64,000 bases of DNA from Hemiscyllium ocellatum (Eukaryota), in assembly GCF_020745735.1 (NCBI RefSeq), contig NC_083412.1, positions 59,238,320 to 59,302,319 of the forward strand, given 5' to 3'. A program made the translations under genes and the position numbers. This document shows positions 1 through 12,800 of this stretch, in pieces (position 1 is the first letter of the stretch; each line of letters starts with the position of its first letter). The notes under the pieces are model-generated. The model was not told the origin of the DNA. It made no database searches and saw only the letters and a list, made by a program, of their open reading frames with translations.

Positions 1-1835
1 AAATAATGTGAGGGATATCACAGGCGTCCTTGGAGTGGAAGCAAATACTACTGAACACCACTGACATTTATTAGATGAACTTCAGTATAGTGCAGCAACA
101 TATTATTGATTAATGTATTCCTGATCCACTCAGCTCCATTAATCACTATGTATAGTAGGTTCATTGTGCTTCTCTACAGCCTGAGAGTGCCACACAAGGC
201 TCTCTAAATCCTTTTGTCTGGAAGCTGTCGTCTGTATAGTTTCAGTCTATTTGCTTTGCTTGCCAGATCATGTACAATTTTGGGGAATACAGTCAGCAGC
301 ACTCAGCTAATTTAAAGTGGATGACATGCTAGTGGCAGGTCAGTACTGTAATGTTTGTTTTCCAAAACTCTGAAATCAGCATTTTGTTTTGAACACTGCT
401 GCTTAAAGCAACAATTTTTAAACACATATTGACTCCAGGCTTGGATGTCTTGAGGCACAAGGGGTTTGAACACCTTCGGCACATCCAGAATAAATGCTTC
501 CGCCAAGGTTAATGAGAATAGAAGTCATTTAACTTAAATAATTATAATATGCAGCCATCCTAATCAGTCCATCTCTCAACTGCTGCTTTGGAGAGGATGC
601 TATGAATCCTGTCACAATGGAATATAATATGTATCTGGGTCCATTTACAAGGAATAACAAAATTGCTGAGAATTCTTCATAGGTCCAGAATGTAATTCAG
701 GTGAGCCCCATATGTGAAAATGGATAAGCTGAAACACATCCTCCCACCCAACTGTGCTGCCTGTCCACTATTCCTTTGAAACCAGGAGTCTGTGAACTCC
801 TGTGTGGGAGTTCCTGTCTATGATCATATCCAGCCTTACAGCACACATCTTGTAGATGGTGGGTAGCAATTCTGCTGTCAACAAGGATCTGTAGAAGGTG
901 TCATGCCTGGGCTCTGATCCTCACTGCAGAGCTTTCCTGAATTGTGTCTGAAGATATGGTAGAAGTGTGCCAGAACACCCATGGAATTTTGGCAGCAATG
1001 TCTATAAAATATTCCTAGACCTCCAGCCATCATTTCTGCAGTGTAGTTTTCGACATACTCTACAGTATACTGAAAGGGAGTGATTGCTGTTTTTAAACAT
1101 TATTCTAAAACCTTCTATTCCATACAGTGATTCATTTTCCAGGAATTGGTTTGCAAATGAAAGTGTTTTTGTTGTTTTAGTTCCTTTGCATGTTACCATG
1201 CAATCTGAGGAATTTACAATCTGCAAGTTATTTTTAAGTTACCAGCAGGAGTAACATAACAATTGGTATGGTAATATGTGAATGCTTTGATTAAATATTA
1301 ATGTGGTACAGATTCACACAATAAGGCTGCAAACACAGCAGCTTTTCGGATATAATGCGTGTTGTACATCACATTGATGGCCTCAATGAATATTGCAAAG
1401 CAAAAAAAAGTATCTTTGCAATATTATTCCAGTGAAAATTAAAATATGGACATCTTTCTCTGTTTCTCAGTCAGGTTTTGTAGCTATCATTGTCGCTGGG
1501 CCTAATGGGGTCACACTAAACCTCAGTATCTTCTAATATCTAGCTCACCACCGAATAATCTCTTTAATTCTTCTGTAGTAGAACAGCTATCAGTACGACT
1601 CAAACATCTCTCAGTTTGTTCACTGAATGGATAACATTTGAACTGTTCTTGTATAGTGTACTTAGTCTATGTATTTTGATGACGTATGATTATGAATTTC
1701 AGCCATTGCCCCGTCCAATGTTACCACAGTACCATCACTCTCATCCTACTAATCCACAATGTACCAAGATTCATTAATGAAATACTTTTTATTTATCAGG
1801 TTTTTAAAAATAACAAGATCTATTAAAGGTTTCAT

Positions 1836-2501
1836 ATGAGACAAAATTATCAATTTATTCATAGAACAAAACTTACTCAATGAACAAGAAATAATTGGTT
1901 GACATTTACCATCAGTAATATAACAGTATAAAAGCTTATCCCTTTAAATATTTGCAAAATGCACAGACACTTCTCAAGAAAAGGGAAAATAAACCATTCC
2001 TCTGCAGAGATGGGCTCTCTGGGAAAAAAAACGACACTTTAGCCAATGGGGATTGTTGTTGAAGGTAAAAGGATAAAGCATAGCACATTCCAGTGTTGGG
2101 TTGCTCTGTTGTTCTGGCATGAGTGGTCAAGTCACTAATGGTACACAGTTATCTTTGAAGAATTATAGACACAACTTACTCAGGAAATACAAGCTCAGTC
2201 AGTCTCACCAAAGAATAAATAGGTTTCGTCGGAACTCAACAAAAGGTTTTCCTTTTCAGAAATGAGAAATCAGCGAGGCAGCTTATCCTTAACAAGCATT
2301 TACCAAATCTGTTTGTTCTTAGTAGGCTGTCCTCAACTAACATGTTCTTAGCAGGCTTTCCTCTAACTCAACCAGATTAATCAAGAACCTCTGTAAACCA
2401 GACACTGTTCAAACCAGGGCTGGCAGGGGAAAGCAAGAAGGAATTACCAAGTATGTGGTTTATAAGAAAATTTTATTTTTAAAACTGTTCCAATATCCAC
2501 A
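1836..2501 (-). mobile_element. Possible solo LTR (Gypsy-like)
   Basis: The minus strand starts TGTGGATATT and ends AATAAA...TTTTGTCTCA (TG...CA termini, polyA signal near the 3' end). It contains a 29-bp tandem dimer (2314-2371). No TSD found. Confidence 0.35.
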
Positions 2502-3397
2502 ATGAGCTGTCGATGACCTCTTTTATGTAAACTACAATCCTTCAAAAGGTAAGGCATCCAAGCAGAATTAATTACAAACTATCCTTGTAACACTGTTGAT
2601 TGCTCTGTTACATGGATTAAATCACTGTAACTCTTTAGCAGTCTCTGAGAGGAGCATACAGATGAGGTAGAGGAGAAAGTTGTCTCGTTTGGAGGTAAAT
2701 TATCTCAGTGCAGATTTTTGTGAAGAGCTTGCCCCAGCTGCAGAAGAAGATGACTTGGGGTTTACAACAATAATGATGGCAAATCTGTCAGCAGTCATCA
2801 CCAATTCTCCTCTGAAACTGACAGCGATTTCTGGAGTCTGCACATTTGTTATTGAACACAGAACTCCGAAAGTTGCTGTCAGTGATTCTTTATTTTGCCA
2901 AACATGTCTTGTTAAAGTATTGCTGAATGGCAAACAATTAAAGATAGCAGCACTGATGAGAGCCTGCCTTTTTTATGCTATGAGTTTTGCAGTAAGTCAT
3001 TGAAACGTTGCATCATACTGAACGAGGTCTAACTAGGGTTTTGCTGGCATGCTAGATTTATCATTGCTGTTAACCAACCTTTTTAGGACCAGAAAACTGA
3101 TGTAGTGTTTGTGGAAAGCCAAATTTCTTCATTGAAATATGAAACAAAATCATATTTTAATTTTTTTTTAGGAGCTTGTTCTTGATCATTCAGATTTTGC
3201 CTTAATCCCACAAGTATGGCTCAGTTATGTTTTGCTTACTTTGAAACATGATCTGCATTTTGCTTCTGAGTTTGCTGTCTATGAAAATACTTCAGTGCAA
3301 CTGACCGATGTCTCTGACTCTGCTTGTTGAGATTACAATTGCTGGACACCTGGAGATTCACTTGACCATGCAGCAGATTCAAATTAACAACAAGAAA

Positions 3398-3720
3398 GTT
3401 ATAGAGTCATAGCGATGTACAGCATGGAAACAGACCCTTTGGTCCAACCCGTCCATGCCAACCAGATATCCCAACCCAATGTAGTCCCACCTGCCAGCAC
3501 CTGACCAATATCCCTCCAAACCCTTCCTATTCATATACCTATCCAAATGCCTTTTAAATGTTACAATTGTACCTGCCTCCACATATTCCTCTGGCAGCTC
3601 ATTCCATACACGTACCACCCTCTGCATGAAAAAGTTGCCCCTTAGGTCCCTTTTATATCTTTCCCCTCTCGTCCTAAACCTATGTCCTCTAGTTCTGGAC
3701 TCCCCCTCCCCAGTGTTGTC
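3398..3720 (-). mobile_element. CR1 LINE 3' end, 5'-truncated
   Basis: Minus ORF RVVRVWNELPEE..TFKRHLDRYMNRKGLEGY is the CR1 ORF2 C-terminus, followed by a (CTATGA)-type tail. Confidence 0.9.
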
Positions 3721-3859
3721 ACTTCACCATTGACTACAAAATGCAGACTATTATGGTTGTTCAAATGTTTAAGAGAAAAAAATGGAAAATATTTTAGAAA
3801 TGAGTTTTTATTTTGTATTCATCACTGTTCTGTATGTGACCTGATCTTTCTTCTTACAG

Positions 3860-4267
3860 ATTGTACTTTAAGCGTCAATCAAGTAAAAAGAAACATTGTC
3901 GTGAAAGAAAATGACAATATTCATTTAAACTGCCACATCACAAATCAAACAAGACCAGACTCTCAATTCTCTGTGCAATGGCATGTTCAAAAATCACTGG
4001 AGAAAGTGGACAAGCTGATCCTGAAATCAAACCGTGATTCTGTGGTCGAGTACAAGGACTGGTTAGGAAGAGACAAGAAGAAGGAGAGACTGCAGGTTGC
4101 AAAACCTTTTGCTGGACATTATACCTTGGTCTTACTAAAAGCTGACATTAGTGATAGTGGGAAATACTATTGTCATGTGGAGGAATGGCTACTAAGCCCC
4201 AACAACATCTGGTACAAAATTGGGGAGGACACATCTGGACTGACCACTGTCACTGTCCAACGCCCAG
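3860..4267 (+). CDS. IGSF3: IGSF3 internal exon, V-set Ig domain (third from the membrane, equivalent to human domain 6)
   Basis: Acceptor tctttcttcttacag|AT and donor CCAG|gtattg; 408 nt, phase 1-1. Encodes IHLNC...VQW...DSGKYYCHVEEWLLSPNNIWYK, matching human IGSF3 DSGSYYCHVEEWLLSPNYAWYK as recalled. Confidence 0.92.
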
Positions 4268-5247
4268 GTATTGAATCAACTTTGTCTTTGTGAAAAATAT
4301 TCTATGCAATGGTGTTAGTTGCCTCATAAGTAAGAGAGAAGAGAAGGTCTGAGTGCTAGCCATGCATCCCACTTGACAACTGCATTGGCAGAAGCTACGC
4401 CCTCTTGATGGTTAAAGGGTAATATAGAATTTTTAAGAGGTAGAAACGTGAGGACTGAATGAATGTCATGATGCTTTGTAATTTGTGTGTTGGACAATGT
4501 CAACCATTTGAGAAATTCAGGACCAAGGAAGAATAATATTTTACAGATTCTCTTCCTTGACAAAAATAATCTACCTAATTATATTTTAAAGTTGATTAAA
4601 ATGTTTCAAGGGATTTCATGCTGGTGTTATTTGCAGCACAAGTGCATGAGCAACGTGCAACATTTTCTACACTTGAACCCTGGTGTTAGCTGTCATTTTC
4701 ATGGCTTTAAACCTGGAGCTAGAACTGATGTGAGCAATTTGATTTGTTTGATACTTTACTGGTTGACCCCATATAGTTCCAAAGCTAACAAACAAATACT
4801 GACGTCATTGACTTTTATATGATATAAAAGGTTCAATTTGAAATAAAGATGTAGGTACACCTAGCAGAAGGTCCTAGGGTTATTGGTGGAATTTAATCCA
4901 GACAATAAGGTGGAGAACTGTGTCATCCCCTATTGAGAATGCATACTGCAACCTGTGCTACTCAGGTGATAAGCAGGCCAGCAATCGACCACCTTCCCTG
5001 GGATCAAGGACATTTTTCTCCCCCTGAGAACTGCTGGCCATTTAGAGGCCATCAGCTCTCCATATCAGGCAGAGCCATCAGAAGCCAAGTTAGCAGCAAG
5101 CGGTACACCCAGCAGAGATCTATGTGGAAAAATTCATTACTATTTGACCTACTAGTGAGCTGACCATTGTCATGTGATCTCCACTTCTGCTGTTGGTTGC
5201 TTTCATTTTAGTTTGTGGAAGCCATTAAACATATTACTTAAAAAACA

Positions 5248-5261
5248 TGATGTCAGAAGTG
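5248..5261 (+). promoter_or_regulatory. Primer-binding site (tRNA-Leu type) of the Gypsy relic
   Basis: TGATGTCAGAAGTG lies directly after the LTR-terminal CA and is one mismatch from TGGTGTCAGAAGTG, the complement of the vertebrate tRNA-Leu 3' end. Confidence 0.7.
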
Positions 5262-6002
5262 TGTGGTTGAAATTGGGTGAATTTTCTGAGCTGTAAGAGT
5301 GCCAGCTCCAATTAAAAGAAAACACAGTCGAGGATGAGTTTAAACACCACAGTCTGCAACTTTCAGGTGCTGGGTGAAACGCAATGGCTGTTAATTTTCC
5401 AACCCCGTCTCCTATGGAAATGATAGTGGAGACAGAATTGTAAACTTTCTTCACTCACAAAATTATGAAATAGCTAAGAATTAAATAACATAATTGGGCA
5501 AATAAGAATTACAACACTCTTATCAAAACTGAGAAAAAAGTGCTACAAAGCTGTATTGCACCTGAAATGACACTGAGCAGAAGAGAACTCAGACAGGAGA
5601 GGGTTTGAAGACATACGTCAAACCCCATGTCAATATGGGGTTTCTAAATGTTGTATGTGAGAGCTTTGGGAAGGGAGACTGTTGTTCTATATGTGATAGC
5701 ACTGCTGTATCAAACCAACTTCTGAGAATTTGGACAACTCAAAGATGATCTCATCAGAGATAGGATTGTTGTGGGGATAAGAAATCCCATTGTGAAAGCA
5801 TGTCAAAAAAAGAGAGGAGAAACTCATTCTCAAGAAAGCCCTCGAGATGTGGGTTCATTAATATGTAAATCTGAGATTTATATAAAATGAACCGAAACCT
5901 GCAATCCATTCTAAAAGATGAAAGACTTAACGGTAATCTAGATTTGTTCAATATATTGCTTCAATTGCATGACACTGTGATCTTTTGCTATAAATTCTTG
6001 TC

Positions 6003-6148
6003 TTATGATCCTACCCCACTAGTTACACGATGAAGGGCAGTGCTCTGAAAGCTAGTACTTCCAAAAAAAACCTATTGGACTATAACCTGGTGTTGTGTGA
6101 TTTTTAACTTTGTCCACCCCAGTCCAACACTGGCACCTCCACTTCATA
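6003..6148 (+). mobile_element. Penelope-like element terminal fragment with a degenerate hammerhead motif
   Basis: acGATGA-AGGGC-AGT-GCTCT-GAAAGCTA (6027-6054) followed by GGACTATAACCTGGTGTTGTGTGATTTTTAACTTTG. The C3/U4 core bases are mutated. Confidence 0.65.
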
Positions 6149-6699
6149 GACAGAAATAAGCAAAGTAAACCTATACAGAGGGCTTTTGGAGAGATATCAG
6201 CCAATTTTTCTGATAAATTGCTCTACAGCATAAAACATGTGGGTTTCATCAGATCTAAAGGTAATAAATTGGTTGTTATTAGACTGATGACTTCAGAGGA
6301 GAGTATTAATTGAATATAAAATATCAAATAAACTGGTACTTTATGCAACAACACGAGTTTTGCAGTCTTGCGAGATTGCGCAAGAAGGTACCATGATATA
6401 TGAAGCCTTTGAAGGTAAGGTTGAGTCTATGTAATGGAACAGTACCCATTCCCAAGAAGATAAATGAAGCTGAAAGCTCAAAGCAGGGAGAAAAATAAAG
6501 ATTTAGTTAGTGATAGTAAGCAAAATTAATTTATCTCAACTAAAGTGATAGGACTGGCTTGGACGAGTTGGACTGAAGGGTCTGTTTCCGTGCTGTACAT
6601 CTCTATGACTGATAACCTGACAATTTCCAAAAGTGATTCATAATGTTTTGCTAGCCACCGATCATTGACTGATGAACAAATTCTAAAATATTACAAGGA

Positions 6700-7119
6700 T
6701 ACAGTTGCTGATCTGGATAGGCTGGGATTTTCCCTGGAGCATTGAAAGCTGAGGCATGACCTTAGAGAGGTGTATAAAATCATGAGGGACATAGATGAGG
6801 TGAATAGCCAAGGTCTTTTCACCAGGTCAGGGGAGTCCAAAACCAGAAGGCATAGGTTTAAGATGAAATGGGAATGGGACCTGAGGAGCTTCTTTCTCAC
6901 ACAGAGAATGGTGTGTATATGGAATGAGCTGTCAGAGGAAGTGGCTGAGGCAGGTACAATTACAACATTTAAAAGCCAGTTGGTCAGGTACATGGATAGG
7001 AAGGGTTAAAGGGAAATAGGCCAAACACAGGCAAATGGAATTAGTTCAGTTTAGGAAACCTGGTCGGCATGGACAAGTTGGGCCGAATGGATTGCTTCCA
7101 TGCTGTACGACTTTATGGC
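6700..7119 (+). mobile_element. CR1 LINE 3' end (a further tail remnant lies at 6555-6611)
   Basis: ORF MYKIMRDIDEVNSQGLF...CIWNELSEEVAEAGTITTFKSQLVRYMDRKG plus 3' UTR and tail. Confidence 0.88.
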
Positions 7120-7636
7120 TTCCTGATGAATGTAAGACTAACTCGGCATTTGCTGACGAGAGTTCAAGGTGTCTTCAAATGCCTCTTAAAAGACACAATA
7201 GAAAAGCTACAGATGAAGGGAATATCGAAGAAACCGTTGTGGAATCAATTAGCAGCAGAGTAGCAGCAAGTGAACTTGAAAGGCTGAGAGTATGCGGAGA
7301 TCCAAAGGATCTCAATGAATCTTTGAAGAGATCACACGATGCCAATCATTGAATAATTGGATTGGATAGAGTCGGCATGGGCTTACAAAGAAGAAGCTGT
7401 GCTTGACAAATCTGCTGGAATTTATTGAAGATATAGCCAGTAAAGTAGGTACAGTAGAGCCAATGGATATGGTTTATTTGGATTTTCAGAAAACCTTTAA
7501 TAAGGTCCCGTATTAAAACATTAGCATACAAAATTAAAACACATGGGGTTGGAGACTGTATATTGAAATGGACTGAGAACTGTTTACAGACAGGAAACAA
7601 AGACTAGGAATAAACAGGTCTTCTCTAAGTGCCAGG

Positions 7637-7826
7637 TGTAGTGGTTGTAATGAGGTCCACCAGGTGGACCACTTCAATATGAGTTCCCTGAATGGGGCTG
7701 ATAGTCTGGCCCGATCAGGGAGACTTGGTTGACAGATAACAGCAGGACTGTCAGGAGTTCTGTTCACTGATAATTGGCTACAGGGAACTAGATAGTATCA
7801 AGGACACTCCATGTGGAGTTATTTCA
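7637..7826 (+). mobile_element. Short LTR-like insertion inside the CR1
   Basis: TGTAGTGG...GTTATTTCA with TG/CA termini. It interrupts the CR1 segment encoding SXWQAVTSGVPQGS. No clean TSD. Confidence 0.5.
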
Positions 7827-7899
7827 GTGGGCAGTAACTTGTGGGGAACTGCAAGGGATCAGTGCTTAGACCCTAACTATTCATAATATATAGTAGCGG

Positions 7900-8217
7900 T
7901 TTAGGTTAGATTCACTATAGTATGGAAACAGGCCCTTCGGCCCAACAAGTTCACACTGACCCTCTGAAGAATAATCCACCCAGACTCATTCTCCTACCCT
8001 ATATTTACCCTTGACTAAAGCACTAAACACTATGGGCAATTTAGCATGGCCAATTCACCTGACCTGCACATCTTTGAGATTGCAGGAGGAAACCAGAGCA
8101 CACCCACAGACACAGGGAGAATGTGCAAACTGCACACAAACAATCGCCCAAGGCGGGAATCAAACCCGGGTCCCTGGCGCTGTGAGGCAGCAGTGCTAAC
8201 CACTGAGCCACCATGCT
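7900..8217 (-). mobile_element. HE1-like (V-SINE) tRNA-derived SINE
   Basis: The minus strand reads GGTGGCTCAGTGGTTAGCACTGCTGCCTCACAGCGCCAGGGACCCGGGTTTGATTCC (A/B boxes), then the V-domain and a CR1-like tail. Confidence 0.92.
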
Positions 8218-9816
8218 GATGTCATTTCTCCAAGTTTGCAGATGACACCAAACTGGATGGGAAAGTATGTTGTGAGAAGTATACAAAGAAACCTTAATGT
8301 GATTTGGACAATAGGCAAATACATGGTAGATTCAGTATAATATGGATAAATGTGAAATTATTTGATTGTAAAAAAGAGGGAGGCAGATTATTATCTGAAT
8401 GAGGATAGATTGGGAAAGGGGAATGTGCAATGAGACCTTGGTGTCCTTTTATACAAGTCGCTGAAGGTAAGTAAGTGATGAAGAAGGCAAATGGTATGTT
8501 GGCCTTCATAGTGAGAGGATTCAATTACATAAATTGGGATGTCTTACTGCAACTGTACAGGGTTTTGGGGAGACTACACCTGGAATATGATGTGCGGTTT
8601 TGCTCTCCTTATCTGAGGAAGGATTTTCTGGCTATTGTGGGAGAACAAAGAAGGTTTGCTAGACTAATTCCTGGGATGGCAGGACTGACATATGGGGAGA
8701 GACTGAATCGGTTAGGACTATATTCGATAGAGTTCAGATGAATGAGAGGGGGATTGCATAGAAATCTATAAAATTCTAACAGAATTAGCCAGGGTAGATA
8801 CAAGAAAGATGTTCTCAATAACCATGGACTCCAGAACGAAGAGTCATGCTTTAAAGGTATGGGGTAGGCCTTTCCGGCCAATGATAAGGAGACATTTCTT
8901 CACCCAGTGATGGTGAGCCTGTTGAATTCTCTGTCAGAGGAAACTGTTGAGGCAAAACATTGTAGTGTTTCAAAAAAGACGTAGATACAGTTCTTAGGAC
9001 TAAGAAAGTCAAAGGATATGGGGAGAAAGCAGGAACATGATACTGAACTGGATATCAGCCATGATTATATTGAATGGTGGAGCAGCCTGAAAGGGCTGAA
9101 TGATTACTCCTGTTCCAATATGCTGTATTTCTTTGAATAGACTTTACCAGAGCTTGTCTTTGATATAAAAAAATATAGGTACTGGTAAGTGAAGTTAAAT
9201 GAAAGCAACTGTTTTCCAAAAAATATCCTGGATACCATTCAAGGTTACAGATTGTTGCTTATGCCACTTGGCATTTCCACTGTTCTGGAAGAGCACCAAT
9301 GCAGACAGCATAAGGTTGTCAGTAATCTTCCTGCGTTAGAAGACATAATGGATGATCTACTCGTCCATGGATTTGGAGACAAAATGGAAGAAGCCATCAC
9401 TGACCACAATCAGAATCCAGTGAGAGAGCTCATCAGATGATCCTGAAGCTGAACAAGAATAAGATGCATTCAAAAATTTCATGAAGTCATGTACATAAGT
9501 TGGGTATTCACAGCAAAAGATCTTTGCCTGGATCCTGCCAAGGTGAGAGCTATAGCAGAGATACACCAGCCAACAATTGTGAAAGCAATGCAACAACTCA
9601 TTTTGGAGCAACACATTTGTACAAAGTATATGAGCTGGCTGACAGTGCTCATGGAACCGCAACTTTTGCTGTTTGCTACTTTCACCTAAATTGGTGTCAG
9701 GACAGGAAGGCAATCCACGAGCATTCCCAATCCAGACTTCATAGGGACAAAGGCAGAGAGGTGCTGCGATCCACACTAGACACCCTCTTGCCCAACTAAA
9801 TGCCCCAACTCTAGCA

Positions 9817-12800
9817 TCATACAGTCATAGAGATATACAGCATGGAAAAAGAGCCTTTAGTCCAACTTGTCCATGTCAACCTGAAAACCTGACCTAATCT
9901 AGTCTCATTTGCCAGCATTTGGCCCATATCCCTCTAAACCCTTCCTATTCATATACCCATCCAGATGCCTTTTAAATGTTGTCATCCTACCATCCTCCAT
10001 AATTTCCTTTGGCAGTTCATCCCATACACGCACCACCCTCTGCATGAAAAAGTTGCCCCTTAGGTTCCTTTTAAAGCTTTTCCCTCTCACCCTAAACCTA
10101 TGCCCTCTAGTTCTGGACTATTCCACCCCAGGGAAAAAAACCTTATGTATTTCTCCTATCCATGCCCCTCATGATTTTATGAACCTCCACAGGTCACCCC
10201 CTCAGTCTCCAATGTTCCAGGGAAAACAGTCCCAGCCTATTCAGCCTCTCCCTATAGCTCAAACACTGACAACATTCTTGTAAATCTTTTCTGAACCCTT
10301 TCAAGTTTAACAACATTGTTCCGATTGGAGGGATACCAGAATTGCACACAATATTCCAAAAGTGACCTAACCAATTTCCTGTTCAGCTACAACATGACCT
10401 CTCAACTCCAATACTCGACACTCTGACCAATAAAAGAAAGCTTACCAAATGCCGCCTTCATTATCCTATCTACCTGCAATCCACTTTCAAGGAACTATGA
10501 ACCTGCACTCCACAGTCTCTTTGTTCACTAACCCTCCACAAGACCTTACCATTAAGTGTATAATACCTGCCCTGTTTTGTCTTTCCAAAATGCAGTACCC
10601 CACATTCATCTAAATTAAGCTCCATCTGCAACTCCTTGGCTATTGGCCCATCTGATCAAGATTCATTTGCACTCTGAGCTAACCTTCTTCGCTGTCCACT
10701 ACACCTCTAATTTTGGTGTCACCTGCAAATTTACTATTATCTCACATATTCACATCTAAATGATTTATATAAATGATGAAAAGTAGTGGACCCAGCACCA
10801 ATCCTTATAGCACTCCACTAGTCACAGGCCTCCAGTCTGAAAGGCAACCCTCCACAAACACCCACTGTCTTCTACCTTCAAGCCAGTTTTGTATCGAAAT
10901 GGCTAGTTCTCCCTGTGTTCCATGTGATCTAACATTGCTACTCAGTCTACCAGAAGGAACTTTGTCAAAAGCCTCACTGAAGTCCATATAGATCACATCT
11001 ACAGCTCTGCCCTCATCAATCCTCTTTGTTAATTCTTCAAAAGTACTCAATCAAGTTAATGAGACATGATTTCCCACGCACAAAGCCATGTTGGTTATCC
11101 CTAATCAGTCCTTGTCTTTCCAAATACATGTAAATCCTATCCCTCAGGATTCCCTCCAACAACTTGCCCACCACCAATGTCAGGCTCATCAGTCTATAGT
11201 TATAGAGTCATAGAGATGTACAGCACGGAAACAGACCCTTCGGTTCAACCCGTCCATGCCAACCAGTTATCCCAACTCAATCTTGTCGCACCTGCCATCA
11301 CTCAGCCTATATCCCTCCAAACCCTTTCTATTCATCTACCCATCCAAATGCCTTTTAAATGTTGCAATTGTATCAGCCTACACCACTTCCTCTGGCAGCT
11401 CATTCCATATACGTATCACCTTCTGCGTGAAAAGTTGCCCCTTAAGTCTCTTTTATATCTTTACCATCTCAATCTAAATCTATGCCCTCTAGTTCAGGAC
11501 TCCCTGACCCCAGGGAAAAGAATTTATCTATTTATCCTATCCATGTCCCTCATAATTTTGTAAACCTCAAAAAGGTCACCCCTCAGCCTCCAACACTCCA
11601 GAGAAAACAGCCCCAGCCTCTCCCTATAGCTCAAATCCTCCAACCCTGGCAACATCCTTGTAAATCTTTTCTGAACCCTTTCAAGTTTCTCAACATCTTT
11701 CTGTTGGGAAGGAGACCAGAATTGCATGCAATATGCCAACAATGGCCTAACCAATGTCCTGTACAGCTGCAACAAGACCTCCCAACTCCTGTACTCAATA
11801 CTCTGACCAATAAAGAAAAGCATACCAATCGCCGCCTTAACTATCCTATCTACTTGCAACTCCACTTTTAAGGAGCTATGAACCTGCACTCCATGGTCTC
11901 TTTGTTCAGCAACACTCCCTAGGACCTTATCATTACGTGTATAAGTCCTGCTAAGATTTGCTTTCCCAAAATGCAGCACCTCGCATTTATCTGAATTAAA
12001 CTTCATTTTCCACTTCTCAGCCCATTGGCCCATCTGGTCAAGATCCTGTTGTAATTGGTCTTCCTCCAGTTTAGAACTTCAACTTTTAGATCTGGTCTAT
12101 CCTTTTCCATCACTGTTTTAAAATTAATAGAATTATGCTCACTGACCCCAAAGTGACACCTCAGTCACTTACCCTGCCTTATTTCCAAAGAGTCGGTCAG
12201 ATTTCCCACCTTCTCCAGGCACAACCACACACTGAATCAGAAAATATTCTTGTACGTAACTAATAAAGTCTTCTCCATCTAAAATCTAAACACTATTGCA
12301 ATATCCTCCCTAAGTACAGCAGTATTGCTATCCTTTATCAAAAGTGCTACTCCTCCTCATTTCTTGCTGCCTTTCCCAACTGTACCAACCTGTTTGATGT
12401 CTTTCCTCATGATATCTCTGGGTCCCACCCTCCTGCCAAACCTTACCAGTTTAAATCTTCCCATGCAGCTCTAGCAAATCTCCCTGCCAGTATAATAGTC
12501 CACTTCCTATTCAGGTGCATTCCATCCTTCTTGTACAGGTCACTTCTACCCCAGGAGAGATTTCAATGATCCAAAAATGTGGACCTTTCTCCCCTGCACC
12601 AGCTCCTCAGCCACTCATTCATTTGCTCTATCCTTCTATTCCTACCCTCACTAGCTCATTGCACTAGGAGTAATGCAGATATTATTACCCTCAAGGATCT
12701 CCTTTTTAAATTCCTGCCTAACTTCCTATATTCTCCCTTCAGATTCTCACCCTTTTTCCCTCCTGTGTCATTGATTACAATGTGTACAATGACCTCATAT

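Larger units (their letters stand above)
7356..9132 (+). mobile_element. CR1 LINE RT/3' region nested in the Gypsy RT
   Basis: ORF KKANGMLAFIVRG...LQLYRVLGRLHLEY...RRFARLIPGM and KFADDT at ~8230. Flanked by TTGAATA (7349-7355 and 9133-9139). Confidence 0.88.
5168..9660 (+). mobile_element. Decayed Gypsy (Ty3) LTR retrotransposon, interrupted by Penelope, CR1, LTR and SINE insertions
   Basis: LTR end ...aaaaaCA at 5247 followed by a PBS. Gag-like MAVNFPTPSPMEM (~5385) and QLKDDLIRDRIVVGIRN (~5735). Pol linker LTDEQILKYYKD (~6665). RT pieces LRVCGDPKDLNESLKRSH (~7285) and MPLGIST..DIMDDLLVHGFGD (~9260-9380). Confidence 0.85.

Noticed and set aside
2680-3003. Overlapping 107-aa (+) and 77-aa (-) ORFs
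   Set aside because: No recognisable domain and no convincing splice boundaries. A BLASTX search would be needed to exclude a retrocopy.
7121-7150. CCTGATGAA as a hammerhead core
   Set aside because: There is no stem II or GAAA, and the sequence is part of the Gypsy pol frame.
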